Shown: one piece after another, positions 19,790-30,198 of the stretch | Numbering within the stretch: the stretch's first letter is position 1 | Layout of the letters: each line of letters opens with the position of its first letter | DNA from: a virus | Reading direction: 5' to 3' (one strand) | Virus record (IMG/VR): IMGVR_UViG_3300042332_000818 | Span: 55,390 to 119,389 of that record | DNA length: 64,000 nucleotides | Notes under the pieces: model-generated | Told to the model about the DNA's origin: nothing | Database searches by the model: none | The model's input: only the letters and a program-made list of their open reading frames with translations | Translations under genes and position numbers: made by a program

Positions 19790-20737
19790 TTAGAAATTCA
19801 ACCAGTCTAAATCATCATCTTCCTCAGTTTTATTTTCTTGTTGAACATTTTCAATAGAATCTTCAACAAAAACTGATTCAGTGGTAATTTCTTCTTGTTC
19901 AAGAATAGTATCTACTTCTTGATCAAGCTGCTGAAACTCTTCAACCAACTGAGTATCATCACCCTCCGGTACAACTACTGCTTGAACGTTCACAGGTGCA
20001 GCTGCCGTAGAAGTTAGATAATTCTTAGTGATCATTTCATGAAGCTTGTAGTGAGCTTCATCAAAGGTCATTGGGTGCTCTTCTTTAAGAGCATGGGTAA
20101 CGTGGTTGTAGAAGTGCCACAGTGAGTTCTTATCACCTGAATACGTGTAAGCAGGAGCTTTAATCTGCTGCTTTACGATATTCATCTGTACACTACCAAC
20201 AACATCATCCATGAAAAGACGGCCGAGCAATTCATTAATCTCAGCATTGCTAAGACTACGATCAATCATACTGTTCTTATCTTGGACCATCTTAGCAAAG
20301 ACATTAGAAGCCATTTTGAATTGTTCTTCAATCTGATCTACCATCTCTACATAAGCTGTATTACCCTTCTTGGCACTACCAATATGCTTACGAGAATACT
20401 TGCTGTAGTCTGCAGTGAGCATACCGTTTAGACAAACGCTAACATAAGTGCCCATTCCACAAGAGAATCTACGCATCTTATTGTAGCTGTTAGTCCAAGC
20501 AAACATCAACTTGATGTCTGGATCGTTACCATAGTTTAGAAAGTACTGACCGGTGGCAATGTTACCACCTGCAGTAGTTCTGTAAACAGAATCAACAATG
20601 TCAATTCCGTGAGCAGCAGCCTGACGTTTTACTTCACTGATGATTTGAGTGTAAGTAATTGGTGCATACCGCTTACCGTGATTGGGGATTGTAACGGTAG
20701 CAAGTTCTTGCTCCGTCACACTAGGAATTTTCTTCAT
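19790..20737 (-). CDS. DUF932-like protein
   Basis: NSYN..VCLNG..RKH and SLWHFYNHVT motifs; acidic tail; follows PolB. Confidence 0.6.
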   Translation of the reverse strand: MKKIPSVTEQELATVTIPNHGKRYAPITYTQIISEVKRQAAAHGIDIVDSVYRTTAGGNIATGQYFLNYGNDPDIKLMFAWTNSYNKMRRFSCGMGTYVSVCLNGMLTADYSKYSRKHIGSAKKGNTAYVEMVDQIEEQFKMASNVFAKMVQDKNSMIDRSLSNAEINELLGRLFMDDVVGSVQMNIVKQQIKAPAYTYSGDKNSLWHFYNHVTHALKEEHPMTFDEAHYKLHEMITKNYLTSTAAAPVNVQAVVVPEGDDTQLVEEFQQLDQEVDTILEQEEITTESVFVEDSIENVQQENKTEEDDDLDWLNF

Positions 20738-20738
20738 T

Positions 20739-22736
20739 TTAAAATAAAAGTGAAAGTTGAGAACCACGAGCACTTTCTATTTCTCTCGTAATTCTCTGTA
20801 AGTAATACTTATAATTGATATCATACTCCTCAAAAGGCTTTTCTTCGTACTGGTTAAATACAGTAACGACCCAAGAGCCGGCATCAACACTGATGATTTT
20901 ACCCGTCTCTTTATGCATTTTATGCATTTTGCAACCTTTATTGGATAAATAGTAACGAGTGATCTTGTGCATGTTCTGCACAGTCTCCTTACCATTTTCT
21001 ACACAAACAATCTGTACAGCGTACGTACTGTTTGCTTTTACTCCACCGCAGAAATCATAAATGTTCTTATTAGTCATTATATAATCTTCGGGAAGTACAT
21101 CGTGCACAAAGTAATTGTAAACAGCTTTTGATATCACAAGATGTGATTTGTTCTTGTGAAGAGCTAGATTAGAAAATTCAAATCTACCCTTGCACTTAGT
21201 AGCTGCATATGCAAACCCTTCAGGGAGAACCTTATAGACATAATCCGGATTAGATTCTTTCATCTTCTTCCAGGAGTCATGATCTATAAACTTCCAATCA
21301 TATACTGCTATGTAGTTGTTTACATCCGCTAAGATTAGCTTCTGGTACTTATCGTGTTCAAGTTGGAGATTAGTAATCTTCTCCCACTCTGCACATACCT
21401 GCATGTATATATCTACTTTGTCTCTAGGTATGATTGTCTCAAGACCATCTGTGTTTTGCATCAGAGGTATAGACTCTGGAATTGCAACGGATATCATCTC
21501 GTACAGCATAGTTAGACTAAGCTGACCGTTGATGGTAATCTTCATTGTAAGTTCCGGATCATACAGGAAACTGTGCTTATCATTACTCAAACCATAGGTA
21601 GAGTTTAGAATAAGCTTATAGACATAGTTTAGCGGATCTTTCTTAGGTATCTTCTTTCTCTCTTCAAAGAACCATTCATACTGCTCACTAAAAGCTTGAG
21701 CATCTAAGTGACCCGGAGACCACTTATTACGAATAGCTAGATTTGGATAGAAAGATGTTACGTCAGAAGTCATGATGATTAAATCACTGGTGGATTCATA
21801 TACACCACTTGCACGACAACCGTGAATGCCACCAAGACCATAGTCAGTCTTGACACCATTATTCAAAATACTATGTTTGAAACCGTTCTTAGTGTTTTCT
21901 GGATCAATGATTACCGTTTTGAACTTCTCAAGCACCGCTTTGAATATTGGTGTTTGAAACTGTACATAGGGTAAGATGATATCATTAACTCTAATTAGGG
22001 TTCTCTTCTGAGTCGGAAGAGCTTTGACATCTTTGGGATGCATCTTAAGCTTCTGACCCAAGAAGTATGCAAACAACTCCTTACTGATTCTTGGTTCTGA
22101 AGCACTCAATAGATTCACCTTGTAAGTTCTACTCAAGTTCATACGAAGCTTGATTAGATCTTTACTTAACAGAACAATCTTTTTGGTTGACTTGACATCG
22201 TTTACACAATACTTCAAGGTCTCTCTGATTTGATCTCCTGTATCTATTAGAGCATTAAAGGATATGCTTGACTCTTTGATATTGTACCAGTCCATTGTAT
22301 ACTGGATCCATTTAAGAGAAGAACTCTTTGCAGGATTATCCCAGTGATTCAATTTAAATACATCAATCTGTTTTAAAGTCTGCTTAAACTCAGGATACGG
22401 AGTTCTAAACCCCGGATTATCCTGACCGTGTATAAGAGCATTTGAAAACATCCAAGCTTCACGGCATATCTCTATTGGCTTCTTGCTTAAGAAGTCAGCT
22501 TCATTTTGAATTAGAAACTCAATTACCTGAGAATCGTAAGATAGATTGTTAAAGCCGAAGAATATACTACCAGCTTTACCTTCTTGCTTAAGGAACTTTA
22601 TCATGTCATCGTAATCATTACGATAACTAGGGTGAATCATGTAAGTTATTACATCATCATCCTCAACTCCTTCAAGAACAATACAAAAGAAGTTTTCAAA
22701 TACTTCAATGTCATAAACCCAAAACTTCTTTTTCAT
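20739..22736 (-). CDS. polB: Family B DNA polymerase
   Basis: Exonuclease motifs YDIE and FNNLSYD; polymerase motifs SDVTSFYP, KLILNSTYG, QNTDG. Confidence 0.95.
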   Translation of the reverse strand: MKKKFWVYDIEVFENFFCIVLEGVEDDDVITYMIHPSYRNDYDDMIKFLKQEGKAGSIFFGFNNLSYDSQVIEFLIQNEADFLSKKPIEICREAWMFSNALIHGQDNPGFRTPYPEFKQTLKQIDVFKLNHWDNPAKSSSLKWIQYTMDWYNIKESSISFNALIDTGDQIRETLKYCVNDVKSTKKIVLLSKDLIKLRMNLSRTYKVNLLSASEPRISKELFAYFLGQKLKMHPKDVKALPTQKRTLIRVNDIILPYVQFQTPIFKAVLEKFKTVIIDPENTKNGFKHSILNNGVKTDYGLGGIHGCRASGVYESTSDLIIMTSDVTSFYPNLAIRNKWSPGHLDAQAFSEQYEWFFEERKKIPKKDPLNYVYKLILNSTYGLSNDKHSFLYDPELTMKITINGQLSLTMLYEMISVAIPESIPLMQNTDGLETIIPRDKVDIYMQVCAEWEKITNLQLEHDKYQKLILADVNNYIAVYDWKFIDHDSWKKMKESNPDYVYKVLPEGFAYAATKCKGRFEFSNLALHKNKSHLVISKAVYNYFVHDVLPEDYIMTNKNIYDFCGGVKANSTYAVQIVCVENGKETVQNMHKITRYYLSNKGCKMHKMHKETGKIISVDAGSWVVTVFNQYEEKPFEEYDINYKYYLQRITREIESARGSQLSLLF

Positions 22737-23290
22737 ATATTGAGTATTAGTTTTTTGACTTGAAGTGTTTCCTTCTCTATGTCAACTGGTGGACAGAGCT
22801 CACCAACATCAACGAGAACATCTTTATCTACACCTAGTAGTTCTGCATATCTACCAAAGTAGAAGTCAGGGTATAGATAACTGTTCACATGATGGAATCC
22901 AATGTTCTTTATGTCCTTAGATTTAAAGAACTGCACAATAACTTGCTTGAAGTCTTCAGATAGAGTTGAATACTTGCCGGCAAGGAACTTGATAAAGTCT
23001 TCATTAAACCTATTGTAGTTGAATACAAATAGACCTGTATTGTCCTCTAGTAAATGAAAGTTGCTAAACATTTCATTACCAAGAAGATACTTGTTCTCAA
23101 ATTTATAAAACTCATCAGTTGTCTGAAGAGTATACACGCACAAGAACTTTTTATCTGCAGGATAGATTCCCTCAGCCCAAGCAACATAAGTACCTATAGG
23201 AACATACTTGTGTCCTTTTGGGATCTTTAAGAGAGGATACAAGAATACCTTAGATTTTTGAAAGTATTCTTTCCGCAGGCTTTCAATCAT
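22733..23290 (-). CDS. Conserved hypothetical phage protein
   Basis: 185 aa, overlap-coupled within the replication operon. Confidence 0.6.
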   Translation of the reverse strand: MIESLRKEYFQKSKVFLYPLLKIPKGHKYVPIGTYVAWAEGIYPADKKFLCVYTLQTTDEFYKFENKYLLGNEMFSNFHLLEDNTGLFVFNYNRFNEDFIKFLAGKYSTLSEDFKQVIVQFFKSKDIKNIGFHHVNSYLYPDFYFGRYAELLGVDKDVLVDVGELCPPVDIEKETLQVKKLILNI

Positions 23291-24246
23291 GACAATACAA
23301 ATATACCAGTTCTAAATTTGTATGGTCTATTGTAGTCTTCATTTTCAATGTGATATGTTGCAACCCGAATAGCTTTTTCTAGCTCATCATGATTATGAGA
23401 CATTAGAGCACTGCTAATCGGGAAGAAACAAAAATCATCATACTTATCTATTACAAAAAACTCAAACTCAAGCTTGTAACTTCTGTATTCTTGCATTGAG
23501 GGATCACCCATTGCTAGAACAACATAGACAGCACTCTGCAATCCATAGTTGTAGAAGTTGTAAGTATCAGGATAAAAGTCATTAAGAGCTTTACTGGTTG
23601 TCTTAATGTCAATGATTCGGATAATCTTGTTCTTGTTATCAATAACAATTCTATCCGGAATACCACGTAGGGTAACACCAGGATACTTCTTGAGCTCAAC
23701 CTGCAGCATCTTTTGTGTAATGACTTCATAGTTAAAGTCAGAACCATTGAGCCTTAGTCTATCGGATGCAAGAGCATCAGCTTTAACCATGTCTGCTCTT
23801 GCTTTGTTTCTTTCAAGAGTCTCCATATCAATTACAATCTTACCTTCAGACTCACACAAGAACTTAAAGTAGTTCTTAGCATCATCAGTTAAGATCTTCT
23901 CTAGACGTTGAGCATCAGTCTTCAATGACTGGTGAAGATTGATCTCTCTAAGAATCTCAAGGATATCCTCACTGTAAGCAGATAGATCATTAGAGACATG
24001 CTCTTCATCACGTTGCTTATAGATTCGGTAAACAAGCTTCTTAGTGCTTTCTGTAGGAATTACACCTGGCACAATAGCAAACTTGTCTTCAATCTTCTGA
24101 TCAGTTAGGTAAGCATCTACGATACTACCATCTACTGCCCAAGAATCAACAGACTCTTCTCTTTCACCAAGAATATAGTGTTTGTAATAAAGTTTAGGGG
24201 AAAACAACATTTTGTTAAGCCCTGAATAACTGAGAGTTACTTTCAT
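23287..24246 (-). CDS. PD-(D/E)XK exonuclease (RecE/ExoVIII-like)
   Basis: Motifs LSYSGL, RGIPDRI, IIDIKTT, YGLQSAVY. Confidence 0.8.
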   Translation of the reverse strand: MKVTLSYSGLNKMLFSPKLYYKHYILGEREESVDSWAVDGSIVDAYLTDQKIEDKFAIVPGVIPTESTKKLVYRIYKQRDEEHVSNDLSAYSEDILEILREINLHQSLKTDAQRLEKILTDDAKNYFKFLCESEGKIVIDMETLERNKARADMVKADALASDRLRLNGSDFNYEVITQKMLQVELKKYPGVTLRGIPDRIVIDNKNKIIRIIDIKTTSKALNDFYPDTYNFYNYGLQSAVYVVLAMGDPSMQEYRSYKLEFEFFVIDKYDDFCFFPISSALMSHNHDELEKAIRVATYHIENEDYNRPYKFRTGIFVLS

Positions 24247-24258
24247 AAATAAAGAGTT

Positions 24259-24283
24259 AAAAGGGGTAGATTACTCTACCCCC
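24259..24283 (-). terminator. Hairpin terminator
   Basis: GGGGTAGA/TCTACCCC stem with a - strand U-run. Confidence 0.5.
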
Positions 24284-25401
24284 TGTTGAACTGGCAATTT
24301 AACAACAAAGTCTGCTTGGATAGCATCACTCTTGATAAGTCTTTGAATAGAGTTAGGTAAAGAATCAACATACTCTTGTAGCATTTTCTTACTAATCAAG
24401 TCAAAGGCATACTCATCTTCTGTAAAGATTTCAGGTTTCTTTAATTCTTTAAGCGCATGCTCATAAAATTCTGCAGCGGTGAATCCTGCATATTTTGTAG
24501 TATTAGAGTTTTCTACAAAGTACCTAACATCCTTAATTCTTCTATTTTGTTCTAGTTTCCACAAAGGAATTTTATCCATGATATACCACAGATAAAACGG
24601 TTTTTCTTCATGATCAGAATTAGCTAAAAGAATTGAAGCTAATGTTAAATCTTCATTAGTTCCAGAAAACATTTGAATGATTGTGTTCACAGATTCTTTA
24701 TCAAGAATCGTCATAGACTCACAATATTTGTTTTCAAAGTTTTCGGCAGAGATGATCTTTATCTTATTCTTTGCTGCATAATACAGCATGTTCAAAAGAT
24801 AACCAGAGAATACTAGTGTTTCTTCATCTACTCTCTCCATTAACCCATCAGTACCCTGAGTTAATGAATATGTTCCATTTGGAGATATGTAAACACTACC
24901 TCTAGTTTTATCCGGTAATTTATTTTTCGGATAGATTGAAGCATTATCTACAATAAAATGATGATCACTATGAGAAATTAATGTATTACCACTAAAGCTA
25001 TCTTTATCGTTATTGTTAGGTATAGTAAAATCTATATTAGATCTATAACTATATACATGTGTAAAATAAATATCTTGTGGAAATACTATAACACTAGCGG
25101 TATCATAAGTCTTACTAATCTTAGCTCCTTGTTTTTCAATAGCATCTTTCAGCTTCATAGCTGACATCTTATTACCAGGGACAAAGAAAACTTTATCACC
25201 AGATACAATGTCATCATTAGAAGAAGTCATCTTATTCAAAAGCTTTAGACCAACTTCAAGAGTCAATCTATAAACTTTATGAAAAAAAGGATTATGATAA
25301 TTGTCTCTATTTTTCTTTACAAAATATACTTCGGAGATGTGGTTGCCCAGTGCCGCTTTGACACTGGGATCAACCTCACCAAACTGGTTAAATGTAATCA
25401 T
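24271..25401 (-). CDS. Hypothetical protein, possible BRCT-like domain
   Basis: KVFFVPG..LKDAIEKQGAKISK..ASVIV resembles BRCT; coupled to the MoxR gene. Confidence 0.45.
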   Translation of the reverse strand: MITFNQFGEVDPSVKAALGNHISEVYFVKKNRDNYHNPFFHKVYRLTLEVGLKLLNKMTSSNDDIVSGDKVFFVPGNKMSAMKLKDAIEKQGAKISKTYDTASVIVFPQDIYFTHVYSYRSNIDFTIPNNNDKDSFSGNTLISHSDHHFIVDNASIYPKNKLPDKTRGSVYISPNGTYSLTQGTDGLMERVDEETLVFSGYLLNMLYYAAKNKIKIISAENFENKYCESMTILDKESVNTIIQMFSGTNEDLTLASILLANSDHEEKPFYLWYIMDKIPLWKLEQNRRIKDVRYFVENSNTTKYAGFTAAEFYEHALKELKKPEIFTEDEYAFDLISKKMLQEYVDSLPNSIQRLIKSDAIQADFVVKLPVQQGVE

Positions 25402-26603
25402 TAGCTGATAGTCATTTTAACAATTTCAGGATTCATTAGAAGTTTCTGGAACTTCGTACGGTTACCATTTACAATTTCTCGTACAAGAGTGTACTTAAGA
25501 TCATTTGTAAATAGGTCTTCAGTCATTAGATCAGACAGTCTATCAAGAACCTTTTGGTTAATAGCAGATTTCTCCGCATTGATAAGATTGTAGTTAATCA
25601 AACGACGTGTGATTACAGATGCGATATCTGCACGGTAGTTATCTTCCTTACCAATAACACCAGTCAGCTGTCCTTTTACAGAAGACCAGTCGTCCATAGA
25701 CATTACTTTCTCAGGAGTAATGATCTTGTCAAGACGGTTATTGATAAACATGGTAAACATTGTTGCAAACTCAGCTCCAACAGAACCCTCACCAATCATT
25801 TGGATAAGAGGTAACTGATCTTCAAAGTTCTCAATACTAGAGATAGAGTTGAAGAAAGTAGTAATACTACGAGCATTAGTTTCTTGAGTAACGAGCTCTG
25901 GATGCATTAGTAAGAAGTTGATGCAACGACCGTCAACACCATCTTCTTCTGCCCATTTAGCCCATACATCAACATCAAACTTAAGATTAGCAGTAATGAA
26001 ACGAGTGCGTTGTGCACTGTCAATACTATTAACCATGTAGTCACCATTATCAGGATTACTAGTCAAGATAATGTGCCAGTTCTTTGGAAGCTTCCAAGAG
26101 ATATAAGTCTGACGATCAACAAGTTCCATTACAGCTTGAATGAAACGGGTATCGGCACGGTTCCAGTCATCAAGAAGAAGGATACCACCATCTTCTTTAC
26201 CTGCAATCCATTCAGGTGCAGCATAAGACATACGAGTTTTACCCGTGTCTTTAAAACCAGCTTTGAGATACTCTTGAAAAGATACTTCATTAACCCATGC
26301 GGTACGTGGAGTACGTACTTCATTAGGATTAGATGTGGTCATCTTTTCTTGAATTTGATATTGTACAATTGGAAAACCAACGAGGTCACCCAATTCTTCA
26401 ATCTGAGCAAGGTTCAGCTTTACAAAGTTTAGTCCGAGCTCTTCTGCAACTTGGATGATGGTAGAAGTCTTACCAATACCCGAGTCACCAACAACCTCAA
26501 CAGCAACAGGATTCTTACCCTGAGCTTGGATTACTTGGTTGTTAGATACAATATGACGGAGGAAGTCTTTTACCTCGTTGATATTAAGATTTACTTGTGC
26601 CAT
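25401..26603 (-). CDS. MoxR-like AAA+ ATPase
   Basis: Motifs GDSGIGKT, LGDLVGFP, LLLDDWNRA, TSNP, DSAQRTRF. Confidence 0.88.
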   Translation of the reverse strand: MAQVNLNINEVKDFLRHIVSNNQVIQAQGKNPVAVEVVGDSGIGKTSTIIQVAEELGLNFVKLNLAQIEELGDLVGFPIVQYQIQEKMTTSNPNEVRTPRTAWVNEVSFQEYLKAGFKDTGKTRMSYAAPEWIAGKEDGGILLLDDWNRADTRFIQAVMELVDRQTYISWKLPKNWHIILTSNPDNGDYMVNSIDSAQRTRFITANLKFDVDVWAKWAEEDGVDGRCINFLLMHPELVTQETNARSITTFFNSISSIENFEDQLPLIQMIGEGSVGAEFATMFTMFINNRLDKIITPEKVMSMDDWSSVKGQLTGVIGKEDNYRADIASVITRRLINYNLINAEKSAINQKVLDRLSDLMTEDLFTNDLKYTLVREIVNGNRTKFQKLLMNPEIVKMTIS

Positions 26604-26604
26604 T

Positions 26605-27753
26605 TTAATTAAGTTGAATTTTGAAACCAGGTAGATCCTGATTAATTGTACATTTTGAAGAATGAACCCATAAGATTTTACAACGAACATTGTCCGGAGA
26701 ATTACATTCACCATCGGTGAAGTAAATAATAGAAGTATACTTCTTAGAATTTTTGTTATAGTGATCTATAACTGGCTGGAAGTCAGTACCACCACGACCT
26801 TTAATCTGGAATTCCTTCTTTGGATTAAATGGTTCTGGATCATATATGTGACTATCACACTGTACTACAGTAATCTCTGTACCTGTCTTATAAATGTGAT
26901 TCATCTCAGACAAGAACTCTTTCAGCTCACCGCTACTTACAGAACCAGAAGTATCTACAGCAAGCAATACATGATTCCGCATTTTAATTTTTAATGCGGG
27001 GTTACCATCATATCGCTTGTTAGGCTTACGTCTAGTCTTTTTAGTATAGATCTTATTACTGTTACCAGCAAATCTGCGTAGATAACTTTTCCAGTCAAAC
27101 TTGGCAGGCTCTTGGTGAAAGATATTGTTTATGAGCTCTTTAAATTGACCGGGGATATTACCACGATCCTTTATATTCTCTACAACATCTTTAAGCTGAT
27201 GCTCAACTTGTTTCTGAATAAGTTTCTTTTCTGCATCAGTAAGCTCACCAATACCTTCTTCCCATGTAAAGTGAAAGTCACCTTCACCTAGCATCTCATC
27301 AAGCTGTGGGGATGTACCATCCTCATGTGCTTGTTGAAGAAGTTTGTAGTACTTATCTGTACCGGCTCTCACTGGAAGATTAAGTTCTGGAAATGTATCC
27401 AAGAAGATACCATTCTCAGGAAGCCAATCTCTATCAATGTATTGATTGATCTCAAGATCAGCCGCAATATTGAAGAGCTTTTTATCTTGATAGTTATCTC
27501 TAGTTACAAGGTGATTAAACGCAATGTGCATCAACTCGTGAATCAGAACACCTTTTTTGACATCGTCATTAAGGCTAGCCCAAAATTCTGGATTGATTGC
27601 AAGCTGCTGGTTAATACCGCTGATAGAGACACCCGCTGTTGGTAAGTCATTACGCCAAACCTTATTCAATGAAATCAAAAACAGCCCGTAAAAGGGCTGC
27701 TCAAGTATCAATGTTTTAGAAATTTTAGCTAGACTTTGGTTCTTGTCTACCAT
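26605..27753 (-). CDS. DUF2201-type metallopeptidase-like domain plus vWA domain
   Basis: HELMH, NIAADLEIN; MIDAS-like DTSGS, GGTDF, FTDG. Confidence 0.88.
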   Translation of the reverse strand: MVDKNQSLAKISKTLILEQPFYGLFLISLNKVWRNDLPTAGVSISGINQQLAINPEFWASLNDDVKKGVLIHELMHIAFNHLVTRDNYQDKKLFNIAADLEINQYIDRDWLPENGIFLDTFPELNLPVRAGTDKYYKLLQQAHEDGTSPQLDEMLGEGDFHFTWEEGIGELTDAEKKLIQKQVEHQLKDVVENIKDRGNIPGQFKELINNIFHQEPAKFDWKSYLRRFAGNSNKIYTKKTRRKPNKRYDGNPALKIKMRNHVLLAVDTSGSVSSGELKEFLSEMNHIYKTGTEITVVQCDSHIYDPEPFNPKKEFQIKGRGGTDFQPVIDHYNKNSKKYTSIIYFTDGECNSPDNVRCKILWVHSSKCTINQDLPGFKIQLN

Positions 27754-28160
27754 TTGATTTTAAATTGGATCTCCTCAATAAAGTCATAACCGTAGTTAGA
27801 AAGAGTCTTGAGAAGAGAAGTAGAGAACTGACGAGAAACAAAATCTTGCTGCTCTTCAGTAACCTTACCCTTCATACTCTTGTAAAGACCGGTAACATTT
27901 AGTGAGTATTTGTCTTTCAAATTTTCACAAAATGAGCAGCTATTAGGAGCAAACTGATTCCAGAGAGCTCGTTTTTTTACATCACAACTACGATATAAAA
28001 ACAGGATATAGACAAAGTTGTCTTCATAATCCATATTCTCAATGATTTGAAAAGCAATCTTTTGATTCTCAATATCACTAGAACTAATAATCTCTAAGAG
28101 ATTGTAATAATAAGGTTCGTCAATCTTTAGTCTTCTATCTTCAGAGTTTTGCGCATCCAT
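27747..28160 (-). CDS. Hypothetical protein
   Basis: 137-aa ORF in the operon; start uncertain. Confidence 0.5.
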   Translation of the reverse strand: MDAQNSEDRRLKIDEPYYYNLLEIISSSDIENQKIAFQIIENMDYEDNFVYILFLYRSCDVKKRALWNQFAPNSCSFCENLKDKYSLNVTGLYKSMKGKVTEEQQDFVSRQFSTSLLKTLSNYGYDFIEEIQFKIKW

Positions 28161-28468
28161 TCTTTAGGGGTATTAAAATTATCAATCCATTCTTTAGCTG
28201 AGGGAATCTTACCATAGCAGTCTTCTTTGACATGCTGTTCACCTACATAACGAGTGTATACAGTCTTACCATCTGAATTAACAAATGATACACCGAATAT
28301 CTTTTCACACTCAAATATTCCTTCACTGTGATGACGGAATAATCTATGGGCACTATGACCCAGCCACCCTTTGGTTTCATCAAACCAATTGTGAATATGT
28401 AAGTAATCTTCTGGCTGACCTCCCCATTTCTTTACTGAGCTTTTAGCATGCTCACAGGGATGTGCCAT
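28127..28468 (-). CDS. His-rich conserved protein (DUF6915-like)
   Basis: MAHP..HAKSS..HNWFD..HR.FRHH.EG..EQHVKED. Confidence 0.7.
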   Translation of the reverse strand: MAHPCEHAKSSVKKWGGQPEDYLHIHNWFDETKGWLGHSAHRLFRHHSEGIFECEKIFGVSFVNSDGKTVYTRYVGEQHVKEDCYGKIPSAKEWIDNFNTPKEWMRKTLKIED

Positions 28469-28469
28469 A

Positions 28470-28826
28470 TTAATCTTCTTTTAAATCTAGAATAGTTCCT
28501 TCAATACTTTCTGATGAAACGGTTCTGTAATTAGCGTTGATCTCATAAGTAGCATCTTTAAGATCAATATCTACATATCCAAAACCACCATCATCATTAT
28601 ACCAGTCTCCAATTTGATCATCAAAGTGTTTGTCAAATACTTCAGAAAGCATTTCATATTCTTCACCTTCTGCATTATCGTGGTAGACATAACCTTCACC
28701 AAAAAACTCTATATCACTAATATCACCGCTGTCACCAGCACCGTCATAGTTGATTCTGATATAACGTATATCTTCTAAATATTTTGAAGCAAAGTAAGCT
28801 TTAACTTCATCTAATGATGTTGACAT
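28470..28826 (-). CDS. Acidic conserved protein (DUF6878-like)
   Basis: YDGAGDSGDI and WYNDDGGFG motifs. Confidence 0.65.
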   Translation of the reverse strand: MSTSLDEVKAYFASKYLEDIRYIRINYDGAGDSGDISDIEFFGEGYVYHDNAEGEEYEMLSEVFDKHFDDQIGDWYNDDGGFGYVDIDLKDATYEINANYRTVSSESIEGTILDLKED

Positions 28827-29175
28827 ATACTCCAGGATTTTTTTTATCATATGAGTATGGTTCAAACACTGGTATCACTATAGAAGCATTATCATCTTCT
28901 AACCACCCATGTTTTACCATCTCATCTTGAATTGTTTGAGCAGGGTTCAGGTAATCAAACTCATGTTTGCTACCACGAACGAACCGCATGGATAATTTGT
29001 ATGGCTTCTCCAATCCATCTAGCTTTTGTAGAAACTCTGCTTTGTGTTGTATCCAAAACGGTTCTGTTTCTTTACGCCACTTCTGTACTGCTTTACTTGC
29101 AATAAAGAATCTACCTGTCCAAACTCTAGAATTTTTAGAGCTCGGAACATTGCCAGGGATGAAGATATCACTCAT
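28807..29175 (-). CDS. RusA-like Holliday junction resolvase
   Basis: VPSSKN, FDYLN..IQD, LEDDN motifs. Confidence 0.7.
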   Translation of the reverse strand: MSDIFIPGNVPSSKNSRVWTGRFFIASKAVQKWRKETEPFWIQHKAEFLQKLDGLEKPYKLSMRFVRGSKHEFDYLNPAQTIQDEMVKHGWLEDDNASIVIPVFEPYSYDKKNPGVYVNIIR

Positions 29176-30137
29176 ACGTTAATAGTTGCACTTAAAATTC
29201 TTTCAAGAGTATTCTTTACACTCTCTTGTCCGTCTCTAGCTACAGCATCAGAAACATCTTTTGCTGTTGGATAGAAACATCCATTAATACCTAATTCAGT
29301 TTTGTATCTCTCAATTGCTTTGATACCGGCTTCATCATTATCAAACAATGTAATAATCTTTTTGTACTTTCTTTTGAGTACATCAACATACATTGGTTTG
29401 ATTACCGTGTTCTCACTGTCTGGGGCAATAACTTCTAGTTTAAAACCCATAGCATCTAAGCACATTGCATCCTTTAGTGAGGAGCAAATAACCAAGATGT
29501 CGGATTCATACTTAAGCTGTTCAATACCCTGAACATGATCAGCAACTTTGAAAAACTTCCGCTTAGGATTCTTAGGACTGTATATCTTGTATAAGGTTCC
29601 AGTCATACTGAAGTAACCATACGTAATGATACTAGGAGCAAAGTCTAATGTCTTATCTCCATTATTCATTCTGTATGACTTCAAGGGCTTTACATTATAT
29701 CTTTCAAGCTGTCTGCGGGATATACCATACTGAGACCAATACTTAGCATCATTATCAATCCAGTTACGGGTTTCAAATGATTCTACTGTATAAGATCTCT
29801 GCGGGTTTATCTCAACAGCACTATCTATTCCAGAAGCTTTTGCTTTAGAATAGTCTTCCATTATTCTACTAATGGCAGCCTTGAAACTTATATTGTAAAG
29901 CTTTGACACAAGATCATAAGCACTACCTCCTTCACCACTAGAGAAATCTTTGAATCTGTATTCACGTTTAGAATGATCATACCAGAGTGTCATACTCGGA
30001 GTACGTTCATGTTTAAACACAGATAAAAGCTTTACTTGTTGACCGTGAAGTCTTTCAGATAGATTTAAATAATACTCAAAGATCCATGTTATTGGAACCT
30101 GCTTGATATCCGTTATGACATGTTTAGTACTGAGCAT
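29172..30137 (-). CDS. DNA primase
   Basis: ERTPS, FKDFSSG, TOPRIM SSLKD, FDNDEAG, KDVSD. Confidence 0.88.
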   Translation of the reverse strand: MLSTKHVITDIKQVPITWIFEYYLNLSERLHGQQVKLLSVFKHERTPSMTLWYDHSKREYRFKDFSSGEGGSAYDLVSKLYNISFKAAISRIMEDYSKAKASGIDSAVEINPQRSYTVESFETRNWIDNDAKYWSQYGISRRQLERYNVKPLKSYRMNNGDKTLDFAPSIITYGYFSMTGTLYKIYSPKNPKRKFFKVADHVQGIEQLKYESDILVICSSLKDAMCLDAMGFKLEVIAPDSENTVIKPMYVDVLKRKYKKIITLFDNDEAGIKAIERYKTELGINGCFYPTAKDVSDAVARDGQESVKNTLERILSATINV

Positions 30138-30147
30138 ACCCAAAAGT

Positions 30148-30178
30148 AAAAAGAAAAGGGGTGGAAATCCACCCCTTA
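30148..30178 (-). terminator. Hairpin terminator
   Basis: AAGGGGTGG-aaat-CCACCCCTT stem with a - strand U-tract. Confidence 0.6.
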
Positions 30179-30198
30179 TCAATTTATCTTAAAGAATC

